This document shows, one piece after another, positions 1 through 12,800 of a stretch of 64,000 bases of DNA (positions are counted from its first letter, which is position 1; each line of letters begins with the position of its first letter). The notes under the pieces were generated by a model that saw nothing but the letters and a program-made list of their open reading frames with translations, made no database searches and was not told the DNA's origin. Where the stretch lies: contig CM059438.1 of the NCBI GenBank assembly GCA_030390025.1, positions 67,396,001 to 67,460,000 on the forward strand, written 5' to 3'. The stretch comes from Squalus acanthias. Lineage: Eukaryota. A program made the position numbers and the translations under genes.

Positions 1-1431
1 CTCAATAGATGCCCATCTATCCTCTATAGATGACCATCTATTTAGAAGTGTTACCATATTCTCCTGAGTCTGGCGATTTATGTCCTCCATGGAAGTGGCC
101 ATCCTTTCCATGGCAGAACCGACAGTTGCCAGTGCGTGTGCCATGGCGTTGCTCATATTTGAGATGGACTCCTCCATTCTCTGCACACTCACAGTCACCA
201 CGGTTGCTAACCCAGTCAGAGCCTCCTGCACTTGTTCCCGAAGTTCCAGGATCGCTCTCTTCCTGAATGGCCCCCGAGGCTCAGCATCTACATGCAGCTC
301 AGTAGAGCTAGGAGACTCCTGCGGCCACTGCTGTCCCTGTCTCCACCATCTGCTCTTGCTCTCTTGTGACTTGTGATACACCAGGTGACAACACTACTCT
401 ATTTTGCATAGGACCCAGCGAGGTGTGCGTTTCTGCGCTGGTGCTGGGTGCGTTCATTTCTGCTGTCGCTGCTCTGAGGAGTCCTCCTGCTCTTCCTCCT
501 GGACAGTGGGGAGGGGGGCTCTTGATGGTCCTGTGGGAGAGTAAAAACATGAGCTAGACACGTGATAGGTAGATTGCAGACACATCCCATTGTGCACATG
601 ATTAGCATTCAATTTCTATTGACATTAGATCCCAATCGAGCTATTCATGATTGCAAAATAAGATGTCTGGAAAATCATTCTGACACCAGGTTGTTCTAAT
701 GATCCCCTCTCTCCGACCCCCACTTCAGGCTGCTCAACTTCTCCAGCGATCTCCAGAGCTGCCTCCTCAGCTCTGGTGAGATCAGCAAGCGATGGTGGTC
801 CTCCTCCTGTTCTCTCCCTCTCCCTCTTATTGTGAGCATTCTTTTCCTGCAATGAGGGAAAAAAGCGCAGTTTTAGTGAGAGTGATGAAATTAGTGTAAA
901 GAATGGATAGCCTAGATGTTTAGAGGGAGGCTATGATGGAGTGGGGTGCCAATACCAAGTTGCCTCCTTTTGAGTTGTTAGTTGTTGTCATTACATAGCG
1001 TTGAGGTTGAGTGTGAGGGGTGCATAGTAAGATGGGGATGTGATTCTGTACATAGGGAGAGAGGGATGGGTGATGGTGCAAGGGATGTTGGGGTGAGTTA
1101 GGATGTGCAGGAGTAGGGTTGGCAATGCAGAGTGTTGGGAATGTGATCACAGGCATAGAAGAATTAAGGTTAAGTGTGCTTTTATACTCACTTTTCCTGA
1201 ATGCAGGAGATCATTGAACCTCTTCTTTCATTGGACCCAGGTGCGAGCAACAACAGACCTTGCAGTGACCTCCTCAGCTATTTGCAGCCAGGCTGCCTTG
1301 GTCTGGTGAGGAGGTCTCCTCCTTCCATCTCCAGGGAACAGAGCCTCCCTGCGTCCTATGACTCCCTCCACAAGAACATGGAGGGAGTCATTGTTGAAGC
1401 GTGGCGCAGCCCTCTGTCTCTGTGCAGTCAT
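1..1431 (-). pseudogene. Spliced Myb/SANT-like DNA-binding protein gene of the Harbinger element, disrupted
   Basis: Exon 1 1431-1192: MTAQRQRAAPRFNNDSLHVLVEGV...WLQIAEEVTARSVVARTWVQ*KKRFNDLLHSGK, then a GTGAGT donor. Exon 2 846-~687 follows TTGCAG: EKNAHNKRERERTGGGPP...LTRAEEAALEIAG. Exon 3 starts at 530 after CCCACAG, is frameshifted, contains PSTSAET and stays open to position 1. In-frame TGA at 1230-1228. Confidence 0.8.
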
Positions 1432-1693
1432 CTTGCTATCAAGCAGCAATCAGGAGTGTGGAAGTAGAAGTGAGAGCAAATGTGGACATGGCCTCCTTAA
1501 ATACAACAGCAGCAAACGCGTCATCAGAGGAGCTGAACAGACCCACACCTAGTGATTGGGCTGGGCAACGGGCTTAACAAGCCAAATAATCGCAAAATTG
1601 AATCAGTAGAGCGGCTGCAGCCGGGAGCGGGACCGGAACCCGTCAACTACCTCTCCCGACGCTAACCCACCTCAGCTGGGAAAATCCAGCCCC
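1..1693 (-). mobile_element. PIF/Harbinger-like DNA transposon, one end only (runs off the window start)
   Basis: Ends in GGGAAAATCCAGCCCC (revcomp GGGGCTGGATTTTCCC, a Harbinger-type TIR) followed by CTG. Carries a spliced Myb/SANT-like gene and truncates the adjacent CR1. Confidence 0.75.
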
Positions 1694-2885
1694 CTGTATT
1701 TATGGCCCCTAGTTTTGGATTCTCCCACAAGTGGAAACATTCTCTCCACATCTACCCTGTCCAACTCATTCATAATTTTAAAGACCTCTATCACGTCACC
1801 TCTCAATCTCTTTTCTAAAGAAAAAAGCCCCAACCTGCTCAATATTCCCGATAGCTGTAATCTCTCAGTTCTGGTACCATCTTTGTAAATCTATTTTGCA
1901 CTTTCTCCAGTGCTTCTGTGTCCTTTTTATAGCATGGAGACCAGAACTGTGCACCGTACTCTAAGTGCGGCCTGACCAGGGTCCTATACAAGTTTAACAT
2001 AACTTCACTACTTTTGAATTCTATACCCCTGGAAATAAATCCCAGTGCTTTGTTAGCATTTCTAATTACTTTGCTGATGTGCGATGCTGCTTTTAATGAT
2101 TTGTCACCTGTATCCCTAGATCTGTTTGCTCTTCTACCCCATTTATTTTTTTATTTTCTAAGGTGGAGGTGATGTTTCTGTTTTTCCTATCAAAGTGCAT
2201 CACCTCACGTTTCTCTATGTTCAAGTTCATTTGTCACTTAACTGCCCAGTCTGCACATTTTCTAAAGTCTTCTTGTATTCTGTTGCATTCTTCCTCAGCT
2301 ATAGCCCCCAGTTTGGTATTATCTGCAAACTTTGATATTGAGTTACTTGTTCCTAAGTCCAAATCATTAATGTAAATTATGAATAACAGTGGTCCCAGCA
2401 CTGATCCTTGTGGAACACTGCTTTCTACCTTCCTCCAATCTGAGTAACTGCCCTTTACCCCTACTCTCTGCTTTCTATTTTTCAGCCAATTTGCTATCCG
2501 TTCAGCCATTTGTCCCCTGACTCCACGTGCCCTAACCTTTGTCATGAGCCTACCATGTGGTACCTTATCAAAGGCCTTTTGAAACTCCAAGTATATGACA
2601 TCTACTGCATTATCCTTGTCTACGCTTTCCATTACCTCTTCAAAGAATTCTATCAGGTTAGTTAAGCATGACTTAGCCTTTTGGAATCCATGCTGACTAT
2701 TTTTTATTATATTTTCTGTCTCGAGATGCTCTTCTATCACTTCTTTTAGTGTATCTTTCGTATCACTGACATTGGGCTGACTGGTCTTTTGCTCCCAGGT
2801 TTTGTTCTATTTCCCTTCTTGTATATAGAAACACCATTAGCTGTCCACCTGTTCTCTGGCACTATCCCCTCTTCTATGGAACTTT

Positions 2886-2911
<26 letters not shown>
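2886..2911. repeat. (TA)n microsatellite
   Basis: About 13 perfect TA units. Confidence 0.95.
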
Positions 2912-2916
<5 letters not shown>

Positions 2917-3087
2917 GTGCCTCTGCTATCTCCCCCCTAGTTTCCTTGAGTATGCATGGGTGCATACCATCTGGGGTTTTATCCTCTTTTAGTTTTGCTA
3001 GCCTGTCAATTATTTTCTCCCTTTTTACTCAAACTGTATTAATATTCTTTTTAAGCTCATCCTCAAGTGAAGTTTCTATTTCGTCAT

Positions 3088-3385
3088 CCTCTTCTGCCCT
3101 CTTGAGCATCCCTGATTATAATCACACAACCATTGGTGGCCGTGCCTTCTGTTGCCTGGGCCCTAAGCTCTGGAATTCCCTGCCTGAACCTCTCCACCTC
3201 TCTACCTCTCTTTCCTCCTTTAAGACGCTCCTTAAAACCTACCTCTTTGACCAAGCTTTTGGTCACCTGCCCTAATTTATCTTTATGTGGCTTGGTGTCA
3301 GTTTTTTTGTCTTACAATAATCCTGTGCAGCGCCTTGGGACGTTTTACTACATTAAAGGCGCTATATAAATACAACTTGTTGTTT
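3088..3385 (+). mobile_element. L2-like LINE 3' end inserted in the CR1
   Basis: Encodes TIGGRAF..LGPKLWNSLP...SFKTLLKTYLF and ends GGCGCTATATAAATACAACTTGTTGTT. Confidence 0.8.
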
Positions 3386-4200
3386 TAACACTGAGGTAAA
3401 CTAGTTATTCAATCCTTCTGCCATTTCTCTGTCATTAACTGTGAGTTTATCTTGCTCATCCTTTAGCGACCCTATCCCTACTTTAACCTTCCTTTTGCGT
3501 CTACAGAACAATTTATTATTTCTTTTTATATTCCTTGATAATTTCTGTTTCCATTCCTGATGGTTTTTTTTAACTTCTCTCCTAAGTTCTTCGTATTCCC
3601 TTTTGTCCTCCTCTCCTTGTCGACTCTTCTGTTAGCTCTTCAAAGAATTCTATCAGGTTAGTTAAGCATGACTAAGTATCGAAGCACTTCTTATACGTCT
3701 TTATCTTTAGATTCAATTTTCCCTTAAGTTCTTTATTCATCCAAGGTGCCCCATAATTAGCTTACTTGTTTTTGGCTTTTAGTGGAATACATTTTCTTTG
3801 AACTCTATTGATTACCCTTTTAAACATTTCCCACTGTTTTTCTGTCTTTGTTTTTCAAGATTTTCACCCACTTTATCTTCTTTAGTTCCGCTCTCATTTC
3901 CTCATAATTTCCTCTTTTCCAATCTATTACATTAATCTTTGTCCTACTTGTGTCACTCTCAATCCTAATCTTGAACCTTACTATGTTGTGATCGCTACTA
4001 CTAAGATGCTCTCCTTACTCTTACTTCTCCTATCTGTTCTGGTTCATTACCCATTCCAGCAGTGATTCTTTTCTTGTTGGACAGCTTACATGCTGAGTGA
4101 GAAAGGAGTCCTGTATACACTGTAAAAACTCAATTCCCTTGTCTCCTTTTATTACTTCTTCCTGCCAGCTTATTTGGGGATTGTTGAAATTTCTCATGAT

Positions 4201-5220
4201 TCACAACTTAGAATCTGGTGGTATCAGTAGGAATTTGAAATGTCGGATTAGGAATTGGCTCCAATCCCGCAGCAAAAAAGTTGTAGTTAACAGATGCGGT
4301 TCAGCCTGGAGACATGTCACTAGTGGTGTCCCCCAGAGATCAGTCTTAGGCCCGCTACTCTTCACAGTCTTTATTAATGGCCTAAAAAGTAGTGTTGAGT
4401 GTATGGTAAGTAAGTTTGCAGATGACACCAAAATCTGTGCAAGGGTTAAGACGGTAGAGGAGTGAAATCAAATCCAAAAAGATTTAGATGTGTTAGGAGA
4501 GTGGGCCACACAATGGCAAATGGCGTTTAATTTAAATAAATGTAGTGCCATGCATATTGGTAGGGCCACCACAGATTACACTTGCAGGGAACGGTACTGA
4601 AAGAGGTTGAGAGAGAAAAAGATCTGGGTGTTGTTGTGCACAGTTCACTAAAGCTTCATAACCAATGTAGAGAAACTGTGGCTAAAGCTAACAAGGTATT
4701 GTATTGTATTAATAAAACCAATCAGTATAAATCAAAGGACTCCATTTTGAAACGATACAGGGCGCTAGTCAGACCGCATTTAGAGTACTGTGCCCAATTT
4801 TGTTCCCTCCCCCCTAGATGGTGGGTGATATAGTGGCCCTGGAAAACGTCCAGAGGAGAGCTACAAGAATGATTCTGAGCATAAAGAGCCTCAGCTGCTA
4901 AGATAGGCTCAAAGACCTTGGTCTATTTAGTTTGGAGCAGCGTAGACTTAGAGGTGACCTGATAGAGGTCTATAAAATAATTAAAGGGCCCTGTTGATAG
5001 ATTATTCCAGTTTAACAGATTGAGGAGGACCAGGGGACACAAATTTAAACCATGTAAGTGTGGGAATAAACTGGATGTGACTCTCCTTTTCTCAGAGAGT
5101 TTTGAGCCTCTGGAGTACATGGCTGGCTGATGTGGTGGGTGCTGGGTCTCTGTATGCTTTCAAGAGGGAGCTGGGCCGGTTCGTGGCTGGGGCCGAGATT
5201 GCATCATATCGAAGGTAAGT
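4201..5220 (+). mobile_element. 5'-truncated CR1-clade LINE (RT C-terminal half), degenerate
   Basis: VTSGVPQRSVLGPLLF...[38 protein letters not shown] and TRGHKFK motifs, with stops. Confidence 0.92.
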
Positions 5221-6124
5221 GTCTTTAGAGGTAATACTTGGTCATGTGATCTCCTGGACTGGATTTGATCGCCTGAGAGAAATTTTCCAGAGTATTTTTT
5301 CCCTTATTGGCCCTGGGATTTTCTTGTTTTTTTTTCACTCCCAGGAAATTACATGGCTGCGAAGTTGGGTGGGAGGTGAGGGGAGGGAAGAAGTGTTTAG
5401 TCATGAAGCTCCGGCCATCATGGTGTGGGGCTGGCTTGATACACAAGCTGGTCTTTTCCTGCCCATCAATTTCGTATGTTCATATGTTCGTCGGACACCA
5501 TCAAACAGAATCAATGGATGCGACTGAGTGCAAACTAGCAATGGACGTCACGGCATTTTATTTTCAAAATAGATATGCTCTTCCCAAAAAGAAAGTAGTC
5601 AAATTGGCACAAGCCCATCCCTTTGCCAAATTGTTGTCATGCAATTGTGTCCACTCTGCATATACAGGATGTCATTTGGGAACTGCACCAGAAACCTGCT
5701 CATTGATTGTCAGTTAAAAGAGTTCGACTAAAATAGCAAGTGCAAATAACATTTATCCTCTTATTGGTGTCTAGTTTGCAAGGTGGGCTGGTTCGTGAAC
5801 AATTTTTTCGTCGCACCACGGCTATTTTTACTGGGAGTGTAGTGGCTCAGGTATATTTACATATACTAGAATTGCAATCAATCTGTGCATCTGAGGTCTC
5901 TGGTGGTCTTGGGAGCCGCCTCCTGTTTGCACATCCCCTCTTTTTAATGAACGCGAGCTTCGAACATCTGTATTTCGTCAGAAGGGGAGAGGTGAATCAG
6001 AACTCAGAAAAGCTCAGTGAATGCTTGACTTGCAACACAAACAACCCTTGGAAATACACTTTTTTTACTACGTATTTGAAGTGGCTCATCCAGTGGAGTC
6101 TGCAGCACAGCCAGAAGTACTTAC

Positions 6125-6167
6125 TGAACCAGTTCACTAGGAGGGAGTACACTCTCTATTGTATCAC
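6125..6167 (-). CDS. Candidate 43-nt internal exon of an unidentified host gene
   Basis: Acceptor TGTTTCTTTATCTAG and donor GTAAGT. Only one open frame, xDTIESVLPPSELVx. Lies in non-repetitive sequence; no homology recognised. Confidence 0.35.
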
Positions 6168-6819
6168 CTAGATAAAGAAACAGGCATGGCTAGTTTCCGT
6201 GCTAGATTTCAGAAAGCAGCTGCAGATGAGAGAGCAACGTCACTGGTTATGGTCTCAGTGCCAAGGATCACTGACTTGACTTGAAGCTGGCCTGAGATTG
6301 AGTATTAAGATTCTGTTTCAGGCGTGCAGGTTTGGTCTTCAACCATGCAGTTGTGCTTTCTATCCACAAGAAGGTGGATTCTAATGAGACCAAAAACCAC
6401 TGAGAAATCTTGAAGATATCATTGGCTATTAATTTGATTCTGTGGGTCATCGTATGTCAGATACATTGGAGGCTCATAAAGCAAAATCAAAAAACAGGCT
6501 GGACTTTGTTTTCATGGGGAAGCCGTGAGGCAGGTAACACCTTTATACAAGATTACAGAAGATGATGAGGCTCAGGGAATACCCACTGCCATTGCTTTTA
6601 TTGACCATTGCTTAGCTTTCAACCTGATATCTTATGTAGCTCTGGGAGTTATGACTGAATCTTTTATTTTAACCAAATCTTTTTCAGTGTAGAGTAGAGA
6701 TTCACTGAGCTCAACTCTTGAAAGAGGAGCGAATATTCACTATTATCCATCCAGTTGCTTGTCGATTATTCTTTACGAATCAGAGAAGTGGCTGTCCAGC
6801 GCTTTGGCTATTCTATTAA

Positions 6820-9800
6820 TGCTAGACCCTCTCTCACAGGTGCTAGACTCTCACAGGTGCTAGACTCTCTCTCAGGTGCTAGACCCTCTCTCACAGGTGC
6901 TAGGCTCTCTCACAGGTGCTAGACTCTCACAGGTGCTAGACTCTCTCACACAGGTGCTAGGCCCTCTCTCAGGTGGTAGGCCCTCTCTCACAGGTGCTAG
7001 GCCATCTCTCAGGTGGTAGGCCCGTTCTCACAGGTGCTAGGCCCCCTGCCACAGGTGCTAGGCTCTCTCTCAGGTGCTAGACTCTCTCTCTCAGGTGATA
7101 GGCTCTCGCTCAGGTGCTAGACTCTCTCTCAGATGCTAGACCCTCTCTCTCAGGTGCTAGACCCTCTCTCAGGTGCTAGACCCTCTCATACACGTGCTTG
7201 ACTCTCTCTCACAGGTGTTTGGCCATCTCTCAGGTGCTAGGCCCTCTCTCACAGGTGCTAGGCCCTCTCTCACAGGGGCTAGGTCCTCTCGCACAGGTGC
7301 TAGACCCTCTCTCACAGGTGCTAGGCTCTCTCTCAGGTGCTTGGCCCTCTCTCACAGGTGCTCGGCCCTCTCACAGGTGCTAGACTCTCTCTCACAGGTG
7401 CTAGACTCTCTCTCACAGGTGTTTGGCCATCTCTCAGGTGCTAGGCCCTCTATCACAGGTGCTAGGCCCTCTCTCAGGTGCTAGGCCCTCTCTCACAGGT
7501 GCTAGACTCTCTCTCACAGGTGCTAGGCTCTCTCTCAGGTGCTAGACTCTCTCTCACAGGTGCTAGGCTCTCTCTCAGGTGCTAGACTCTCTCTCACAGG
7601 TGCTAGACTCTCTCACAGGTGCTAGGCTCTCTCACAGGTGCTAGACTCTCTCTCACAGGAGCTAGGCACTCTCTCGCAGGTGCTAGACTCTCTCTCACAC
7701 GTGCTAGACTGTCTCTCTCAGGTGCTAGACTCTCTCTCAGGTGCTAGACCCACTCTCTCAGGTGCTAGACCCTCTCTCAGGTGCTGGACCCTCTCTCACA
7801 CGTGCTAGACTCTCTCTCTCAGGTGATAGGCTCTCTCTCAGGTGCTAGACTCTCTCTCAGGTGCTAGACCCTTTCTCTCAGGTGCTAGACTCTCTCTCAG
7901 GTGATAGGCTCTCTCTCAGGTGCTAGACTCTCTCTCAGGTGCTAGACCCTTTCTCTCAGGTGCTAGACCCTCTCACACACGTGCTAGACTCTCTCTCACA
8001 GGTGTTTGCCCATCTCTCAGGTGCTAGGCCCTCTCTCACAGGGGCTAGGTCCTCTCGCACAGGTGCTAGACCCTCTCTCACAGGTGCTAGGCTCTCTCTC
8101 AGGTGCTTGGCCCTCTCTCACAGGTGCTCGGCCCTCTCACAGGTGCTAGACTCTCTCTCACAGGTGCTAGACTCTCTCTCACAGGTGTTTGGCCATCTCT
8201 CAGGTGCTAGGCCCTCTATCACAGGTGCTAGGCCCTCTCTCAGGTGCTAGGCCCTCTCTCTCAGGTGCTAGACTCTCTCTCACAGGTGCTAGGCTCTCTC
8301 TCAGGTGCTAGACTCTCTCTCACAGGTGCTAGACTCTCTCACAGGTGCTAGGCTCTCTCACAGGTGCTAGACTCTCTCTCACAGGAGCTAGGCCCTCTCT
8401 CGCAGGTGCTAGACTCTCTCTCACACGTGCTAGACTGTCTCTCTCAGGTGCTAGACTCTCTCTCAGGTGCTAGACCCACTCTCTCAGGTGCTAGACCCTC
8501 TCTCAGGTGCTGGACCCTCTCTCACACGTGCTAGACTCTCTCTCTCAGGTGATAGGCTCTCTCTCAGGTGCTAGACTCTCTCACAGGTGCTAGACCCTTT
8601 CTCTCAGGTGCTAGACTCTCTCTCAGGTGATAGGCTCTCTCTCAGGTGCTAGACTCTCTCTCAGGTGCTAGACCCTTTCTCTCAGGTGCTAGACCCTCTC
8701 ACACACGTGCTAGACTCTCTCTCACAGGTGTTTGCCCATCTCTCAGGTGCTACGCCCTCTATCACAGGTGCTAGGCCCTCTCTCAGGTGCTAGGCCCTCT
8801 ATCACAGGTGCTAGGCCCTCTCTTCACAGGTGCTAGGCTCTCTCACAGGAGCTAGGCCCTCTCTCAGGTGCTTGGCCCTCTCTCACAGGTGCTAGGCCCT
8901 CTCTTCACAGGTGCTAGGCTCTCTCACAGGAGCTAGGCCCTCTCTCAAGTGCTAGGCCCCCCCTCACAGGTGCTAGGCCCTCTCTCAGGTGCTAGGCCCT
9001 CTCTCACAGGTGCTCGGCCCTCTCTCACAGGTGCTAGGCTCTCTTTCACAGGTGCTAGACTCTCACAGGTGCTAGAATCTCTCTCACAGGGACTAGGCCC
9101 TCTGTCAAAGGTGCTAGGCCCTCTCTCTCAGGTGCTAGACTCTCTCTCACTGGTGCTAGACTCTCTCTCACAGGTGTTAGACTCTCTCTCACAGGTGCTA
9201 GGCTCTCTCACAAGTGCTAGGCTTCTCACAGGTGCTGGGCCCTATCTCACAGGTGCTAGGCTCTCTCAGATGTGCTAGGCCCTCTATCACAGGTGCTAGG
9301 CTCTCTCTCAGGTGCTAGGCCCTCTCTCACAGGTGCTAGGCTCTCTCACAGGTGCTAGACTCTCTCTCACAGGTGCTAGACTCTCTCTCACAGGTGCTAG
9401 ACTCTCTCTCACAGGTGCTAGACTCTCTCTCACAGGTGCTGGGCTCTCATTCAGGTGCTAGGCCCTCTCTCACAGGTGCTAGGCCCTCTCACAGGTGCTA
9501 GGCCCTCTCTCACAGGTGCTAGACTCTCTCTCAGGTGCTAGGCCCTCTCTCACAGGTGCTAGGCTCTCTCACAGGAGCTAGGCCCTCTCTCAAGTGCTAG
9601 GCCCCCCCTCACAGGTGCTAGGCCCTCTCTCAGGTGCTAGGCCCTCTCTCACAGGTGCTCGGCCCTCTCTCACAGGTGCTTGGCCCTCTTTCACAGGTGC
9701 TAGACTCTCACAGGTGCTAGAATCTCTCTCACAGAGACTAGGCCCTCTCTCAAAGGTGCTAGGCCCTCTCTCTCAGGTGCTAGACTCTCTCTCACTGGTG

Positions 9801-12800
9801 CTAGACTCTCTCTCACAGGTGTTAGACTCTCTCTCACAGGTGCTAGACTCTCTCTCACAGGTGCTTGGCCCTCTCACAGGTGCAAGGCTTTCTCACATGT
9901 TCTTGGCCCTCTCTCACAGGTGCTAGGCCCTCTCACAGGTGCTAGGCCCTCTCTCACAGGGGCTAGGTCCTCTCTTTAAAGGTGCTCGGCCCTCTCTCAC
10001 AGATGCTAGGCTCTCTCACAGGTGCTAGACTCTCTCTCACAGGTGCTAGACTCTCTCTCACAGGTGCTAGACTCTCTCTCACAGGTGCTAGACTCTCTCT
10101 CACAGGTTCTAGACTCTCTCTCACAGTTGCTAGGCTTTCTCACATGTGCTAGGCCCTCTATCACAGGTGCTAGGCTCTCTCACAGGTGCTAGGCCCTCTC
10201 TCACAGGTGCTAGGCTCTCTCACAGGTGCCAGACTCTCTCTCACAGGTGCTAGACTCTCTCTCACAGGTGCTAGACTCTCTCTCACAGGGGCTAGGTCCT
10301 CTCGCACAGGTGCTAGACCCTCTCTCTCAGGTGCTAGGCTCTCTCTCAGGTGCTTGGCCCTCTCTCACAGGTGCTCGGCCCTCTCACAGGTGCTAGACTC
10401 TCTCTCACAGGTGCTAGACTCTCTCTCACAGGTGTTTGGCCATCTCTCAGGTGCTAGGCCCTCTATCACAGGTGCTAGGCTCTCTCTCAGGTGCTAGACT
10501 CTCTCTCACAGGTGCTAGACTCTCTCACAGGTGGTAGGCTCTCTCACAGGTGCTAGACTCTCTCTCACAGGAGCTAGGCACTCTCTCGCAGGTGCTAGAC
10601 TCTCTCTCACACGTGCTAGACTGTCTCTCTCAGGTGCTAGACTCTCTCTCAGGTGCTAGACCCACTCTCTCAGGTGCTAGACCCTCTCTCAGGTGCTGGA
10701 CCCTCTCTCACACGTGCTAGACTCTCTCTCTCAGGTGATAGGCTCTCTCTCAGGTGCTAGACTCTCTCTCAGGTGCTAGACCCTTTCTCTCAGGTGCTAG
10801 ACTCTCTCTCAGGTGATAGGCTCTCTCTCAGGTGCTAGACTCTCTCTCAGGTGCTAGACCCTTTCTCTCAGGTGCTAGACCCTCTCACACACGTGCTAGA
10901 CTCTCTCTCACAGGTGTTTGCCCATCTCTCAGGTGCTACGCCCTCTATCACAGGTGCTAGGCCCTCTCTCAGGTGCTAGGCCCTCTATCACAGGTGCTAG
11001 GCCCTCTCTTCACAGGTGCTAGGCTCTCTCACAGGAGCTAGGCCCTCTCTCAAGTGCTAGGCCCCCCCTCACAGGTGCTAGGCCCTCTCTCAGGTGCTAG
11101 GCCCTCTCTCACAGGTGCTCGGCCCTCTCTCACAGGTGCTAGGCTCTCTTTCACAGGTGCTAGACTCTCACAGGTGCTAAAATCTCTCTCACAGGGACTA
11201 GGCCCTCTGTCAAAGGTGCTAGGCCCTCTCTCTCAGGTGCTAGACTCTCTCTCACTGGTGCTAGACTCTCTCTCACAGGTGTTAGACTCTCTCTCACAGG
11301 TGCTAGGCTCTCTCACAAGTGCTAGGCTTCTCACAGGTGCTGGGCCCTATCTCACAGGTGCTAGGCTCTCTCAGATGTGCTAGGCCCTCTATCACAGGTG
11401 CTAGGCTCTCTCTCAGGTGCTAGGCCCTCTCTCACAGGTGCTAGGCTCTCTCACAGGTGCTAGACTCTCTCTCACAGGTGCTAGACTCTCTCTCACAGGT
11501 GCTAGACTCTCTCTCACAGGTTCTAGACTCTCTCTCACAGGTGCTGGGCTCTCATTCAGGTGCTAGGCCCTCTCTCACAGGTGCTAGGCCCTCTCACAGG
11601 TGCTAGGCCCTCTCTCACAGGTGCTAGACTCTCTCTCAGGTGCTAGGCCCTCTCTCACAGGTGCTAGGCTCTCTCACAGGAGCTAGGCCCTCTCTCAAGT
11701 GCTAGGCCCCCCCTCACAGGTGCTAGGCCCTCTCTCAGGTGCTAGGCCCTCTCTCACAGGTGCTCGGCCCTCTCTCACAGGTGCTCGGCCCTCTTTCACA
11801 GGTGCTAGACTCTCACAGGTGCTAGAATCTCTCTCACAGGGACTAGGCCCTCTCTCAAAGGTGCTAGGCCCTCTCTCTCAGGTGCTAGACTCTCTCTCAC
11901 TGGTGCTAGACTCTCTCTCACAGGTGTTAGACTCTCTCTCACAGGTGCTAGACTCTCTCTCACAGGTGCTTGGCCCTCTCACAGGTGCAAGGCTTTCTCA
12001 CATGTTCTTGGCCCTCTCTCACAGGTGCTAGGCCCTCTCACAGGTGCTAGGCCCTCTCTCACAGGGGCTAGGTCCTCTCTTCAAAGGTGCTCGGCCCTCT
12101 CTCACAGATGCTAGGCTCTCTCACAGGTGCTAGACTCTCTCTCACAGGTGCTAGACTCTCTCTCACAGGTGCTAGACTCTCTCTCACAGGTGCTAGACTC
12201 TCTCTCACAGGTTCTAGACTCTCTCTCACAGTTGCTAGGCTTTCTCACATGTGCTAGGCCCTCTATCACAGGTGCTAGGCTCTCTCACAGGTGCTAGGCC
12301 CTCTCTCACAGGTGCTAGGCTCTCTCACAGGTGCTAGACTCTCTCTCACAGGTGCTAGACTCTCTCTCACAGGTGCTAGACTCTCTCTCACAGGGGCTAG
12401 GTCCTCTCGCACAGGTGCTAGACCCTCTCTCACAGGTGCTAGGCTCTCTCTCAGGTGCTTGGCCCTCTCTCACAGGTGCTCGGCCCTCTCACAGGTGCTA
12501 GACTCTCTCTCACAGGTGCTAGACTCTCTCTCACAGGTGTTTGGCCATCTCTCAGGTGCTAGGCCCTCTATCACAGGTGCTAGGCCCTCTCTCAGGTGCT
12601 AGGCCCTCTCTCACAGGTGCTAGACTCTCTCTCACAGGTGCTAGGCTCTCTCTCAGGTGCTAGACTCTCTCTCACAGGTGCTAGGCTCTCTCTCAGGTGC
12701 TAGACTCTCTCTCACAGGTGCTAGACTCTCTCACAGGTGCTAGGCTCTCTCACAGGTGCTAGACTCTCTCTCACAGGAGCTAGGCCCTCTCTCGCAGGTG

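Larger units (their letters stand above)
1694..4200 (-). mobile_element. Degenerate CR1-clade LINE ORF2 fragment (endonuclease C-terminus, linker, RT)
   Basis: ORF 2234-2740 has SQHGF...SCLTNLIEFFE...VDVIYLEFQKAFDKVPH...VPQGSVLGPLLF...FADNTKL. Minus-strand 4200-3960 reads MRNFN...FLQCIQDSFLTQHV...PTR...SDHNIVRF. Stops, frameshifts and deletions are present. Confidence 0.92.

Noticed and set aside
5740..6171. 143-aa plus-strand ORF
   Set aside because: Non-ATG start and no recognisable domain
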